Source of the DNA: Candidatus Saccharimonadota bacterium
GTDB taxonomy: Bacteria > Patescibacteriota > Saccharimonadia > Saccharimonadales > Saccharimonadaceae
Direction of reading: 5' to 3'
Assembly (NCBI RefSeq): GCF_025273655.1
Contig: NZ_CP045921.1
Coordinates: 180,001 to 212,000 of the forward strand
Length of the DNA: 32,000 nt
Part shown: piece by piece, positions 1 through 7,709 of the stretch
How the letters are laid out: every line of letters begins with the position of its first letter
Numbering within the stretch: position 1 is the stretch's first letter
The notes under the pieces: generated by a model
Database searches by the model: none
Seen by the model: the letters and a program-made list of their open reading frames with translations, nothing else
Told to the model about the DNA's origin: nothing
Program-made: the position numbers and the translations under genes

Positions 1-1
1 A

Positions 2-370
2 GACGTAGCGCAGGGGTATATGTGTACAACGTTTGTCCGCATCCCAAGTGGTATGGACACGTCACGCTTCCACTACCTGACACTTGCTTCGGTGTATCGT
101 GACACGAGCTTCGAAGTGCGAATCCTCAATGGTACCAATACCGTCCAGTTCAAAAACGTACAACCAGAGATCGACGTGACGGGTCGTGCCAACGACGTAT
201 TCCGTCGTCTCGTTTCACGTGTCGAGTCGGCTGATGCAAGTGAAGCGCCGTATCCGCGAGCGGCTGTCGGTACCAATGGTGATATCTGCAAGAACTTCGT
301 TGTCACGGATGATCCTGACGATTATCACAGCGATGCGCCATCGACATGTGCGGACATTACTCGCCCGTAG
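2..370 (+). CDS. 3' end of a hypothetical protein gene (frame open to the left window edge)
   Basis: No stop in this frame from nt 2 to TAG 368-370; track ORF 20..370 is its distal part; no family recognised by eye. Confidence 0.45.
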   Translation, partial: DVAQGYMCTTFVRIPSGMDTSRFHYLTLASVYRDTSFEVRILNGTNTVQFKNVQPEIDVTGRANDVFRRLVSRVESADASEAPYPRAAVGTNGDICKNFVVTDDPDDYHSDAPSTCADITRP

Positions 371-390
371 CTACAGGTTGGAGCATAAAA

Positions 391-412
391 TAACCGGCTA
401 TATAGCCGGTTA
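391..412. terminator. Bidirectional intrinsic terminator between convergent genes (perfect 22-bp palindrome)
   Basis: TAACCGGCTATATAGCCGGTTA with an A-rich left flank and TTTT right flank, between stop 370 (+) and stop 415 (-). Confidence 0.6.
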
Positions 413-414
413 TT

Positions 415-1341
415 TTAGTCGCTATGAAACTTCTCGTGTATTTCGCGTAGATGTTCGTCGGTGACATGAGTATATACCTGTGTGGTGCTGATATCTGCGT
501 GGCCTAGCATAGTCTGGACGCTGCGAATATCGGCGCCATTCATGAGCAGGTCGGTGGCAAAGCTATGACGCATGGTATGCGGGCTGACATGTTTGGTAAT
601 ACCGGCTAGGCGGGCATATTGGGATATCATACGCTGCACACTGCGAGGTGTTAGTCGCCGATAGTCCCCGGAAGTATCGACTGCGCCCGCGTTACGACTA
701 TAGCTGATGAAGAGCGGGGTCAGGCTGTCGGTGCGGGCATCAAGATACTGCTCCACGTGTTCGGCTGCTGCATTGCTGATAAATACTGGACGGTCTTTTT
801 GTCCTTTGCCGCGTACCATGAATTCGCGCCGAGTAGTATTGATATGATCACGATTGAGATTACAGAGCTCAGATACGCGCAGTCCACTCGAAAAGAGGAG
901 TTCTAAAATAGCGCGATCTCGTAGTCCCGCCTCATCACTCGCGTCGACCTGAGCGCGCAGTCGTTCGATCTCGTCGAAATGTAGGAAAGTAACTTGTTTG
1001 CGTACAGTCTTGGGTAATTCAATCTTGTTGGGTGACAGTGACTCGATGTCACGTTTGGCGAGGTACTGTAAGAAGCCACGCAGGGCAATCAAGTGATAGC
1101 TCTGGGTTTTGAGTGACAGCGCCTCTTCGTGGTCGTTTTTATAGCGATTGAGCCACAGGCGATATTTCCGAATCATGTCGGATGTTATTGTGTCCACAGG
1201 TGGATTATCGGCAAACTCAGAGAAGCGCTCGAGGTAGTGCGTATAGTTTTCGGCGGTTTTGCTACTACGGCCACCCTCGACTTCGAGCGACTCGACGAAA
1301 TCGTACATGAGTGACGAGAAATAAGTATCTACCGCTTCCAT
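415..1341 (-). CDS. xerC: Site-specific tyrosine recombinase, XerC/XerD family
   Basis: C-terminal HTMRHSFATDLLMNGADIRSVQTMLGHADISTTQVYTHV (R..HxxR..Y catalytic signature) and N-terminal SAM-like core-binding region. ATG at 1341 preferred over track GTG 1365 because TATAAT (1349..1354) lies 7 nt upstream. Confidence 0.9.
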   Translation of the reverse strand: MEAVDTYFSSLMYDFVESLEVEGGRSSKTAENYTHYLERFSEFADNPPVDTITSDMIRKYRLWLNRYKNDHEEALSLKTQSYHLIALRGFLQYLAKRDIESLSPNKIELPKTVRKQVTFLHFDEIERLRAQVDASDEAGLRDRAILELLFSSGLRVSELCNLNRDHINTTRREFMVRGKGQKDRPVFISNAAAEHVEQYLDARTDSLTPLFISYSRNAGAVDTSGDYRRLTPRSVQRMISQYARLAGITKHVSPHTMRHSFATDLLMNGADIRSVQTMLGHADISTTQVYTHVTDEHLREIHEKFHSD

Positions 1342-1379
1342 GAGTACTATTATACCCCATGACACTAGAGGTGGCAGGA

Positions 1380-1388
1380 TGATATACT
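1380..1388 (+). promoter_or_regulatory. Extended -10 promoter element TGaTATACT for ndk
   Basis: TGATATACT about 30 nt upstream of the ndk ATG; AAGGAG SD at 1407..1412. The same 9-mer recurs at 7309..7317 and 25627..25635. Confidence 0.4.
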
Positions 1389-1417
1389 AAGAGTAGACAG
1401 TTAACAAAGGAGCTTAC

Positions 1418-1927
1418 ATGGCCAAGACCGAACTCGAACAAACTCTGATTGTATTTAAGCCCGATGCCCTACAGCGCGGCCTCATAGGCGAAATTCTCAC
1501 GCGCTTCGAACGTGTAGGGCTGCGTATTGTTGGCACCAAAATGCTGGCGCCAGGTAGTGATCATTACTTCACTCACTACGAAGAGATTGGCAAGCTCAAA
1601 ACGCGTGCAGGCGACCATATCTTCGATATCACGCTCCAGATGATGGGAGAGGGCCCGGTGATTGCCATGGTGCTCGAAGGTGTTGAAGCTGTTGCTCTTG
1701 TCCGCAAAATGGTTGGTGGTACTGAGCCGAAATCATCTGCACCTGGTACAATCCGTGGTGACTTCAGCCATATGAGCTATGCCTATGCCGACAACAAGAA
1801 GAAGGGTATTCCAAACCTCATCCATGCCTCCGGTGATCCTGCCGAGGCCGAGCAAGAAATCAATCACTGGTTTGCCGATTCTGAACTGTACGACTACGAA
1901 GCGCTGCACGAGAAGTTCACACGCTAG
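1418..1927 (+). CDS. ndk: Nucleoside diphosphate kinase
   Basis: LIVFKPDALQRGLIGEILTRFE, TIRGDF and NLIHASD-like active-site His context; strong SD. Confidence 0.95.
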   Translation: MAKTELEQTLIVFKPDALQRGLIGEILTRFERVGLRIVGTKMLAPGSDHYFTHYEEIGKLKTRAGDHIFDITLQMMGEGPVIAMVLEGVEAVALVRKMVGGTEPKSSAPGTIRGDFSHMSYAYADNKKKGIPNLIHASGDPAEAEQEINHWFADSELYDYEALHEKFTR

Positions 1928-1948
1928 GCGACAGGGCTGGGCTGTATC

Positions 1949-1981
1949 AAAAGCGACCTCGCTATCAGGGGTCGCTTTTGG
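1949..1981 (+). terminator. Intrinsic terminator after ndk
   Basis: AAAGCGACC (1950..1958) pairs with GGTCGCTTT (1970..1978), followed by T-run. Confidence 0.7.
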
Positions 1982-2097
1982 TATAATCAGAATAGTTTGC
2001 TGCTTGCATAGGGAAAGAGCAGCCCGAACAGCTGGCTTCACCAGTGCACGGCGCGATGGAGAAAAACCATAGGTTTGTCTCATACGCGGAGCGACAC

Positions 2098-2174
2098 GCC
2101 TCGGTAGCTCAACTGGATAGAGCAGATCCGTCCTAAGGATAAGGTTGCAGGTTCGACTCCTGCCCGGGGTACCA
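2098..2174 (+). tRNA. tRNA-Arg (anticodon CCT), CCA encoded
   Basis: Hand-folded cloverleaf: GCCTCGG/TA/GCTC-AACTGGATA-GAGC/anticodon loop GTCCTAA/T arm GCAGG-TTCGACT-CCTGC/CCGGGGT-A-CCA. G1:U72 and U4:G69 wobbles. Confidence 0.85.
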
Positions 2175-2253
2175 CACTAAAGCAGACCTTTTTAGGCCAT
2201 CCACTGCCGAACCGTGCTAGGTATACTACGATCAGCAAAAAGAGGAGACCTAC

Positions 2254-2850
2254 ATGACTAAAGAGCGACCGATAGTATGGGTGGACATGGATAATACTAT
2301 ATATGATTTTGATGCGGCTATACTTACACATATCCCTGCAGAGCTGCATGTCGAGCGTGCAAACTTCCATATCGTTGATGATTATTCTCAAGAGCTACGT
2401 ACTACTATTCAAGATATATATAATGCACCAGACTTTTTCCATGGCCTGCATCTTATCGAGGGGGTAAAGGAGTCGTGGCAAGCTATGATTGATGCGGGTT
2501 ATGATCCAAGAATCTTATCTGCTCCTGTAAGTAGCAACTCGATGTCTATTGAAGGTAAGCGGGCGGCACTTGAGCGCGATATGGTGCCAGAATTTGGGCC
2601 TTCTATTTTAGACGATGCTCGATTTGACAAGGACAAGTGGAAATACGACGGCGTAGCATTGTTCGATGATCGGCCGACTGTCGGCGTGAACCCGGAGAGT
2701 GGAGAAGCGCCTTGGGAACATATACTGTATGGGTGGGCTCATCTGTCAGAAGTGCCAATGTCGCGAGCAGCGTTTCGGCTCCTCTCGTGGTATAACTCAA
2801 AAGATACCATACGTATTCTCGATACTGTTCAAGATCTACGGAGTGTTTAG
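2254..2850 (+). CDS. HAD-superfamily 5'(3')-deoxyribonucleotidase-like protein (NT5C-like)
   Basis: N-terminal VWVDMDNTIYDF (DxDxT HAD motif I); size and layout like NT5C family; GAGGAG SD. Confidence 0.6.
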   Translation: MTKERPIVWVDMDNTIYDFDAAILTHIPAELHVERANFHIVDDYSQELRTTIQDIYNAPDFFHGLHLIEGVKESWQAMIDAGYDPRILSAPVSSNSMSIEGKRAALERDMVPEFGPSILDDARFDKDKWKYDGVALFDDRPTVGVNPESGEAPWEHILYGWAHLSEVPMSRAAFRLLSWYNSKDTIRILDTVQDLRSV

Positions 2851-2882
2851 ATGTGCGCTCGTCTTGAGTTTTGCAGCTGTAG

Positions 2883-2888
2883 TATAAT
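2883..2888 (+). promoter_or_regulatory. -10 box TATAAT 6 nt upstream of ATG 2895 (leaderless-type arrangement)
   Basis: TATAAT-caaatc-ATG, no SD. Confidence 0.4.
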
Positions 2889-2894
2889 CAAATC

Positions 2895-3485
2895 ATGCCT
2901 CGCAAACACAAAAATGATCCCACCAAGGCTTTTCCTGGCCAACGCGACGGCGAAGAGCTGATTCTCGTGTTTCGTCGTCATATGATTGCCATGCGCAAAG
3001 GCTTCTATATGCTGCTGATACCGCTAGTGATCACGTGTATTCCACCGCTGATCTGGCAGACGCAGCTTGAGTTATTCCTGTTGCCACTGGGTGGGTTTGT
3101 GCTCGGGCTTATCCTTTTCGCGTACCAGTACATCATGTGGTATTTCACGGTGTTTATAGTGACGGATCAGCGTATTCGCCAAGTAACGCAACACGGCTTC
3201 TTCGGTAGTGATGTCGTAGAGCTCAAACTGTCCAAAATCCACAACATAAGCTATAATATACCAGGAATGAGCGGGGAGCTTTTCGGCTTCGGTACAATCG
3301 TCATCCAGACCTATGTGGGGGATTTGACGATACGAAACGTGGAGCACCCGGAGAAGATATACAACCTCCTTCAAGACGCAGTCGAGGAGGCAGAACGAGG
3401 AGTAAATGAAGAAACTTACGTCGAAACTGAAGCGCTCAAAGCAGAGCGAGAAGCCGAGTCGGATCACCAACGAAACGGTCGCTGA
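2895..3485 (+). CDS. Membrane protein with bacterial PH (bPH_2/YdbS-YdbT-like) domain
   Basis: Two TM helices followed by FTVFIVTDQRIRQVTQHGFFGSDVVELKLSKIHNISY... pattern typical of bPH domain proteins. Confidence 0.6.
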   Translation: MPRKHKNDPTKAFPGQRDGEELILVFRRHMIAMRKGFYMLLIPLVITCIPPLIWQTQLELFLLPLGGFVLGLILFAYQYIMWYFTVFIVTDQRIRQVTQHGFFGSDVVELKLSKIHNISYNIPGMSGELFGFGTIVIQTYVGDLTIRNVEHPEKIYNLLQDAVEEAERGVNEETYVETEALKAEREAESDHQRNGR

Positions 3486-4485
3486 GCATCGTGAGCGTAT
3501 CTTGGCGGGTGGTCGCCGGTTTAAATACCCAGTACAATATACCAAACACCGCTTGGTATGGACAGCAATTGCTATTGGTACAGTGGTGCTGGTGCTGTTT
3601 CTCGCGGTCTCATGGTGGCAACTGTACAAGTCTCAGACTACTGATAGCTTCTATTACCGTATTACGCGCGTTGTGCCACTGCCTGTCGCGCAGGTAGACG
3701 GTGAGTCTGTCAAATACGGCGACTATCTCTTGAATTACAAGATGTCGGAGACGTATCTTGATACTGCCGAGAAAGCAAGTGAGGCCCAGTATGCGGGCGG
3801 CGCGGGCAGCAAGAGTGTCTATGACTACTACAAGGCTCAGGCGATGCAAAACGCCGTGATCGATACCTACGCGCAGAAGCTCGCCAAAGAAAATGGTATT
3901 ACCGTCACGGATCAGCAGGTCAACGACGCTATCAGGGCACTCATACAGACATCCTCGGGACAGTCGGAGATTAGTCAAGAAGTGATTAATCGTTCAGTTG
4001 AGCAGTTGTACGGTCTTTCGCCTTCGGAAAATCGCTACTACTTACGAGAGAGTCTCTTGCGGCAGGCTGTCGCCTATAAGGTAGACAACACTGCAAAAAG
4101 CACGACCGATGATATTAAGGCGATTCTCGACAAAGATCCTGGCAAAAGCTTCGACGAAATCGCGGCAAATTACCGGGGTTCGCCGACAGGAGTGCAGACA
4201 TTGACCTCTGGTTGGGTGAAGAAAGACAACAAAGACGGGGGGCTTGCTGCTGCCGCTGCCAAATTGCAAAAAGGCGAGATGGCTGGTCCGATCAAACCAC
4301 TCAGCGGCGATGGTTATTATTTTGTGCGCCTGCTCGAGGCTAACAACCAGGAAGAGATCAATTATCAGCTCATCAAGGTGCCACTTAAAGAATTCAAACA
4401 GCAGATTGATAATCTTAAGCAGTCTGGTAAGGTGACATATTATATCGCTGTACCAGATGCGAAGCCGCAAATCCAAACCAAATAA
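3406..4485 (+). CDS. Membrane-anchored SurA/PpiD-like chaperone (SurA N-terminal-like plus degenerate parvulin-like C-terminus)
   Basis: Basic N-terminus, one TM helix, then SurA_N-like region. AGGAG 5 nt upstream of ATG 3406 supports this start, giving an 80-nt overlap with the previous gene. Confidence 0.55.
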   Translation: MKKLTSKLKRSKQSEKPSRITNETVAEHRERILAGGRRFKYPVQYTKHRLVWTAIAIGTVVLVLFLAVSWWQLYKSQTTDSFYYRITRVVPLPVAQVDGESVKYGDYLLNYKMSETYLDTAEKASEAQYAGGAGSKSVYDYYKAQAMQNAVIDTYAQKLAKENGITVTDQQVNDAIRALIQTSSGQSEISQEVINRSVEQLYGLSPSENRYYLRESLLRQAVAYKVDNTAKSTTDDIKAILDKDPGKSFDEIAANYRGSPTGVQTLTSGWVKKDNKDGGLAAAAAKLQKGEMAGPIKPLSGDGYYFVRLLEANNQEEINYQLIKVPLKEFKQQIDNLKQSGKVTYYIAVPDAKPQIQTK

Positions 4486-4497
4486 AGGAGGGAAATT

Positions 4498-5094
4498 ATG
4501 GCCTACACATTACCAACGCTTGGATATGAGTATGACGCACTGTCTCGCAGCATTAGTGCAGACATCATGCAGCTCCATCACAGCAAGCACCATCAGACGT
4601 ACGTAGACAAGCTCAATACGGCACTCGAGGGCAAGAGTGTGCCTGATTCGCTTGAGAGGCTTCTGAGTGACTTAGAGAGCGTGCCAGAGGACGTGCGAAC
4701 AGCAGTGCGCAACAACGGTGGCGGACACTATAATCATTCACTGTTCTGGCAGTTCATGAGCCCCTCTGGCGGCGGTGAGCCGACTGGCGATCTCGGCGCG
4801 GCGATTACCGAGAAATATGGTAGCTTTCAGGCGTTTGTGGATAATTTCAGTGCGCAGGCGGCAGGGCTGTTTGGCAGTGGCTGGGTGTGGTTGCAGCCAG
4901 ATCTGAGTCTAGCAGCCTTGCCTAATCAAGACTCGCCGATTATGTCTGGAGGCGAGGCACCGATCCTTGGTCTCGATGTTTGGGAGCACGCCTACTACCT
5001 AGACTATCGAAACGTTCGCGCCGATTATATCAAGGCGTGGTGGGATGTTGTCGACTGGCAAGCTGTCGCTGAGCGCTATCAGCACGCTAAATAA
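4498..5094 (+). CDS. sodA: Fe/Mn superoxide dismutase
   Basis: LPTLGYEYDALSRSISADIMQLHHSKHHQTYV and DVWEHAYYLDYRN signatures; AGGAGG SD. Confidence 0.95.
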   Translation: MAYTLPTLGYEYDALSRSISADIMQLHHSKHHQTYVDKLNTALEGKSVPDSLERLLSDLESVPEDVRTAVRNNGGGHYNHSLFWQFMSPSGGGEPTGDLGAAITEKYGSFQAFVDNFSAQAAGLFGSGWVWLQPDLSLAALPNQDSPIMSGGEAPILGLDVWEHAYYLDYRNVRADYIKAWWDVVDWQAVAERYQHAK

Positions 5095-5101
5095 GTAGTA
5101 T

Positions 5102-6964
5102 CTATCTGGCGTGATGAATTGTCATGCTATTATCTTCGTTGTATTCATAACTATCCTCAGTATCAGTGTCTGGGGTCAGCTGCTCGGTACTTGGTGCTAC
5201 GATGTCTTGATATAGAGCTCCCGGTGTGTTTTGTGGCGATATGTCAGGGGGTTGCGAGACATTCGCCGGATCTGGAGTGATTGGCTCCACGATAGGTGGG
5301 GCGGCGGCTGTTGTTATCGGGGCTGCCGTATAGCTGTTTTGATCCATCTCCTGGGGTACAGAGGCAGGAGTGCTCCACATATCAAGAGGTTCTTCTATTG
5401 CCTCTGTTGGGGCCATGGGTATTGCTGCTGGGTCGAGGTACGATTCGGATTGTGAAGTATATGTCGGTGCAGCGTAGGACTGAGGAGGCTGGTAGGTCAT
5501 TGTTTCTGGCGTTCCTGGTGACGCGAACGACTGTTCGATTTGTTGGATGGACGTATCCGTTAGTGGCGCTACTGCTGTCGGCTGGGTATAAGTGGTATAG
5601 TCATGCTCGAGAACTGACTCATAGCCGGCAGCGGCTTGCGTGGCGCGGTGCCGTCTCCAGAGCAGTAGCACCGCAACACCTGCAGTGACGATGAGGCTAG
5701 TGAGTACGAGGATGATGATAGGCCATGCCGGCTGGCTATCTGTGGTCGGTGATGTAGGAGTAGTAGTAAGTTTGACAGTAATAATTTGGGCATCTGGTGT
5801 TGCGCCTGCAGTAAAATCAATCTTTTTGACTACAAACGACTGCGAGGTGGTGAGCGCTCCTGTCTTGAGCTGCATTGTGTAGTTTCCTGGCATTAGCGTG
5901 AGAGCTACCTCACCTTTGCGGGTTGTTGTGTAGCTGCCGTCTTTACCTTTTAGTGAGATGTGAGCGTCGGCGACGGGGGTTGTACCCTGCGTGATTCGTA
6001 GAATTACAGGATACGCTTTGGTGGTGAAGCTGCCAGTTTTTGTCACACTGACATCCGATGCGTTTTTTGCATCAATTTCATAGAAGTAGATATTACCAAG
6101 TTGCAAATTTTTCAACGTTGCTGAGTGCACCTCGCTATCGCTGGTAACGTCACTGGTAAGTTCGAGTGCGTCTACACTGACGCCATAGCGTATGCTTGTC
6201 GTCGCGGCGTCTTGAGTGTGCCATGTGATTTCAGCGGTATCGTATGCTGCTGCTGCAATGTCATCAGTGATACTTGGCGGATTTGGCGTCACTGCAACCG
6301 TGGGAGCTGGGGATGATGTCGCCTGTGGGGTTTGGGCGGCTGTGGGGGTAGTTTTTGGTGCGCTTGAGGGTGCAGGAGTACTAGTGCTCGGTGTGTTGTT
6401 GGCGGGGGTGCTAGGTGCGGGGGTAGTTGGCGCTGGTGCGGGAGTGATGCAGTTTGGCGGGGTGCCAGTCTGACCTGCTGGACATGTCGGTGTCGCGATA
6501 GTGAATGTGGCGGGTTGCCGAGTTGTTGGTCCGTCATTGATAGTCGTGTTTGTGGTGAAGTTCAGTGTAGGGGTTCCAGTAGTGAGGGCGCGAAACGTAA
6601 TGGTGAAGATCTTCTGATTGTTGACGGCTTGGCTGGGGCACATGAAGCGCGAGTAGGCTACCGTGCCATTACTAATAGAAGGATCGCTACCCCCGAGAGC
6701 ACCTCCGGAACTGCTGGCCGCTGTTGCTTGCAAAATACCGGTTGGGTAAGTGACATTGATAGTTGCTCCGCCACAGAACGATGTGTTGGCCGGCACGCTT
6801 GCGCGAACTTCGACCGTAAACGTTTGCCCTGGTGCATAGGTGGCACTGGCAGGTGAAAAATAAATCGTCCCTTGCACTGCATGCACCGGTGTCGTCGTGA
6901 CTACGTATAGAAACACACCGAAGGCGGCGAATATCGGGAGTGCGAGCTTGCAGAAATGTTTCAT
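5102..6964 (-). CDS. Type I membrane surface protein: signal peptide, cohesin-like domain, Pro/Thr linker, FN3-like and carboxypeptidase-regulatory-like beta-sandwich domains, TM helix, long disordered cytoplasmic tail
   Basis: N-terminal hydrophobic signal; GTIYFSPASATYAPGQTFTVEVRA (cohesin-like); PAPAPTTPAPSTPANNTPSTSTPAPS linker; TM WPIIILVLTSLIVTAGVAVLLLWRR; domain calls are by resemblance only. Confidence 0.7.
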   Translation of the reverse strand: MKHFCKLALPIFAAFGVFLYVVTTTPVHAVQGTIYFSPASATYAPGQTFTVEVRASVPANTSFCGGATINVTYPTGILQATAASSSGGALGGSDPSISNGTVAYSRFMCPSQAVNNQKIFTITFRALTTGTPTLNFTTNTTINDGPTTRQPATFTIATPTCPAGQTGTPPNCITPAPAPTTPAPSTPANNTPSTSTPAPSSAPKTTPTAAQTPQATSSPAPTVAVTPNPPSITDDIAAAAYDTAEITWHTQDAATTSIRYGVSVDALELTSDVTSDSEVHSATLKNLQLGNIYFYEIDAKNASDVSVTKTGSFTTKAYPVILRITQGTTPVADAHISLKGKDGSYTTTRKGEVALTLMPGNYTMQLKTGALTTSQSFVVKKIDFTAGATPDAQIITVKLTTTPTSPTTDSQPAWPIIILVLTSLIVTAGVAVLLLWRRHRATQAAAGYESVLEHDYTTYTQPTAVAPLTDTSIQQIEQSFASPGTPETMTYQPPQSYAAPTYTSQSESYLDPAAIPMAPTEAIEEPLDMWSTPASVPQEMDQNSYTAAPITTAAAPPIVEPITPDPANVSQPPDISPQNTPGALYQDIVAPSTEQLTPDTDTEDSYEYNEDNSMTIHHAR

Positions 6965-7038
6965 ATGTTAGTTTTTGGTTATGGTTACCCGTGAGTATAG
7001 TGTAACAGATTTGGAAAGTGGTTGAAACTGTATTCAAT

Positions 7039-7059
7039 GAAAAAACCGCCACCAGACGG
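7039..7059 (-). terminator. Intrinsic terminator downstream of tRNA-Asp
   Basis: Minus strand CCGTC-TGGT-GGCGG hairpin followed by TTTTTT. Confidence 0.55.
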
Positions 7060-7073
7060 TAACGGTATTTTCA

Positions 7074-7149
7074 TGGCGCGCTCGACCGGATTTGAACCGG
7101 CGATCTCCTCCGTGACAGGGAGGCGTGATAACCCCTTCACTACGAGCGC
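7074..7149 (-). tRNA. tRNA-Asp (anticodon GTC), CCA encoded
   Basis: Reverse complement folds as GCGCTCG/TA/GTGA-AGGGGTTA-TCAC/CCTCC-CTGTCAC-GGAGG/GCCGG-TTCAAAT-CCGGT/CGAGCGC-G-CCA. Confidence 0.9.
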
Positions 7150-7228
7150 AAACTCAGATAATGATAGCAGACAAATCCTCCGTGTGCAAGGGGTGGCGTA
7201 TGGTACAATAGTTGAAGTCAGGAGTTAC

Positions 7229-7304
7229 GCCGCTATAGCTCAGTTGGTAGAGCGGCGCTTTCGTAAAGCGTAGGTCTCCGGTTCAAATCCGGATAGCGGC
7301 TCCA
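7229..7304 (+). tRNA. tRNA-Thr (anticodon CGT), discriminator U73, CCA encoded
   Basis: GCCGCTA/TA/GCTC-AGTTGGTA-GAGC/GCGCT-TTCGTAA-AGCGT/TCCGG-TTCAAAT-CCGGA/TAGCGGC-T-CCA. Confidence 0.9.
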
Positions 7305-7328
7305 AATTTGATATACTAGACAACAGAT

Positions 7329-7706
7329 ATGCGAGATATTATCACTACATCACTGCGCCATGCAGCAAAAGAACGAACACTACTTATTGTGTTTGGTTTA
7401 TTGATCAGCCTGTGTGTGATTATTGCGATCTATTTCGGAGTGCGTGTCCAGCCTTCTTATAATCAGGTATATACGCACTATACGTCATATGGTGGAGTAA
7501 ATCTGTATGCTTCGCAGTGGTGGTATGCGATTAGTTTCCCGTTGTTCTTCATGATGATCGCCATGTTACACACTGCTATAGGCGTCAAATTATACACACT
7601 TAAAGGCAAGCAATTAGCGACTGGCTTCGGTTGGTTTTCGGTCGGGCTAGTAATCTTTGCTGCTATTACATTGACCTATATTGTCAATGTAGCATTTCCG
7701 CTCTAG
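7329..7706 (+). CDS. Small integral membrane protein (about 4 TM helices), function unknown
   Basis: Hydrophobic segments throughout; TGaTATACT extended -10 at 7309..7317; 3-nt gap to the downstream GT2 gene. Confidence 0.6.
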   Translation: MRDIITTSLRHAAKERTLLIVFGLLISLCVIIAIYFGVRVQPSYNQVYTHYTSYGGVNLYASQWWYAISFPLFFMMIAMLHTAIGVKLYTLKGKQLATGFGWFSVGLVIFAAITLTYIVNVAFPL

Positions 7707-7709
7707 TCT

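Noticed and set aside
2080-2391. ORF 2080..2391 (-), and similarly 7022..7273 (+), 12319..12549 (+) and 18892..19089 (-)
   Set aside because: Each spans a tRNA gene. Peptides such as GVEPATLSLGR, GFEPAISSV and GLEPAASPPP are typical tRNA read-through artefacts.
5231-6856. Plus-strand ORFs and other-frame minus-strand ORFs within the surface-protein gene (for example 6216..6473, 6289..6537, 6515..6856)
   Set aside because: They are low-complexity Gly/Val/Ala or Pro/His/Gln translations caused by the Pro/Thr-rich coding strand, not independent genes.
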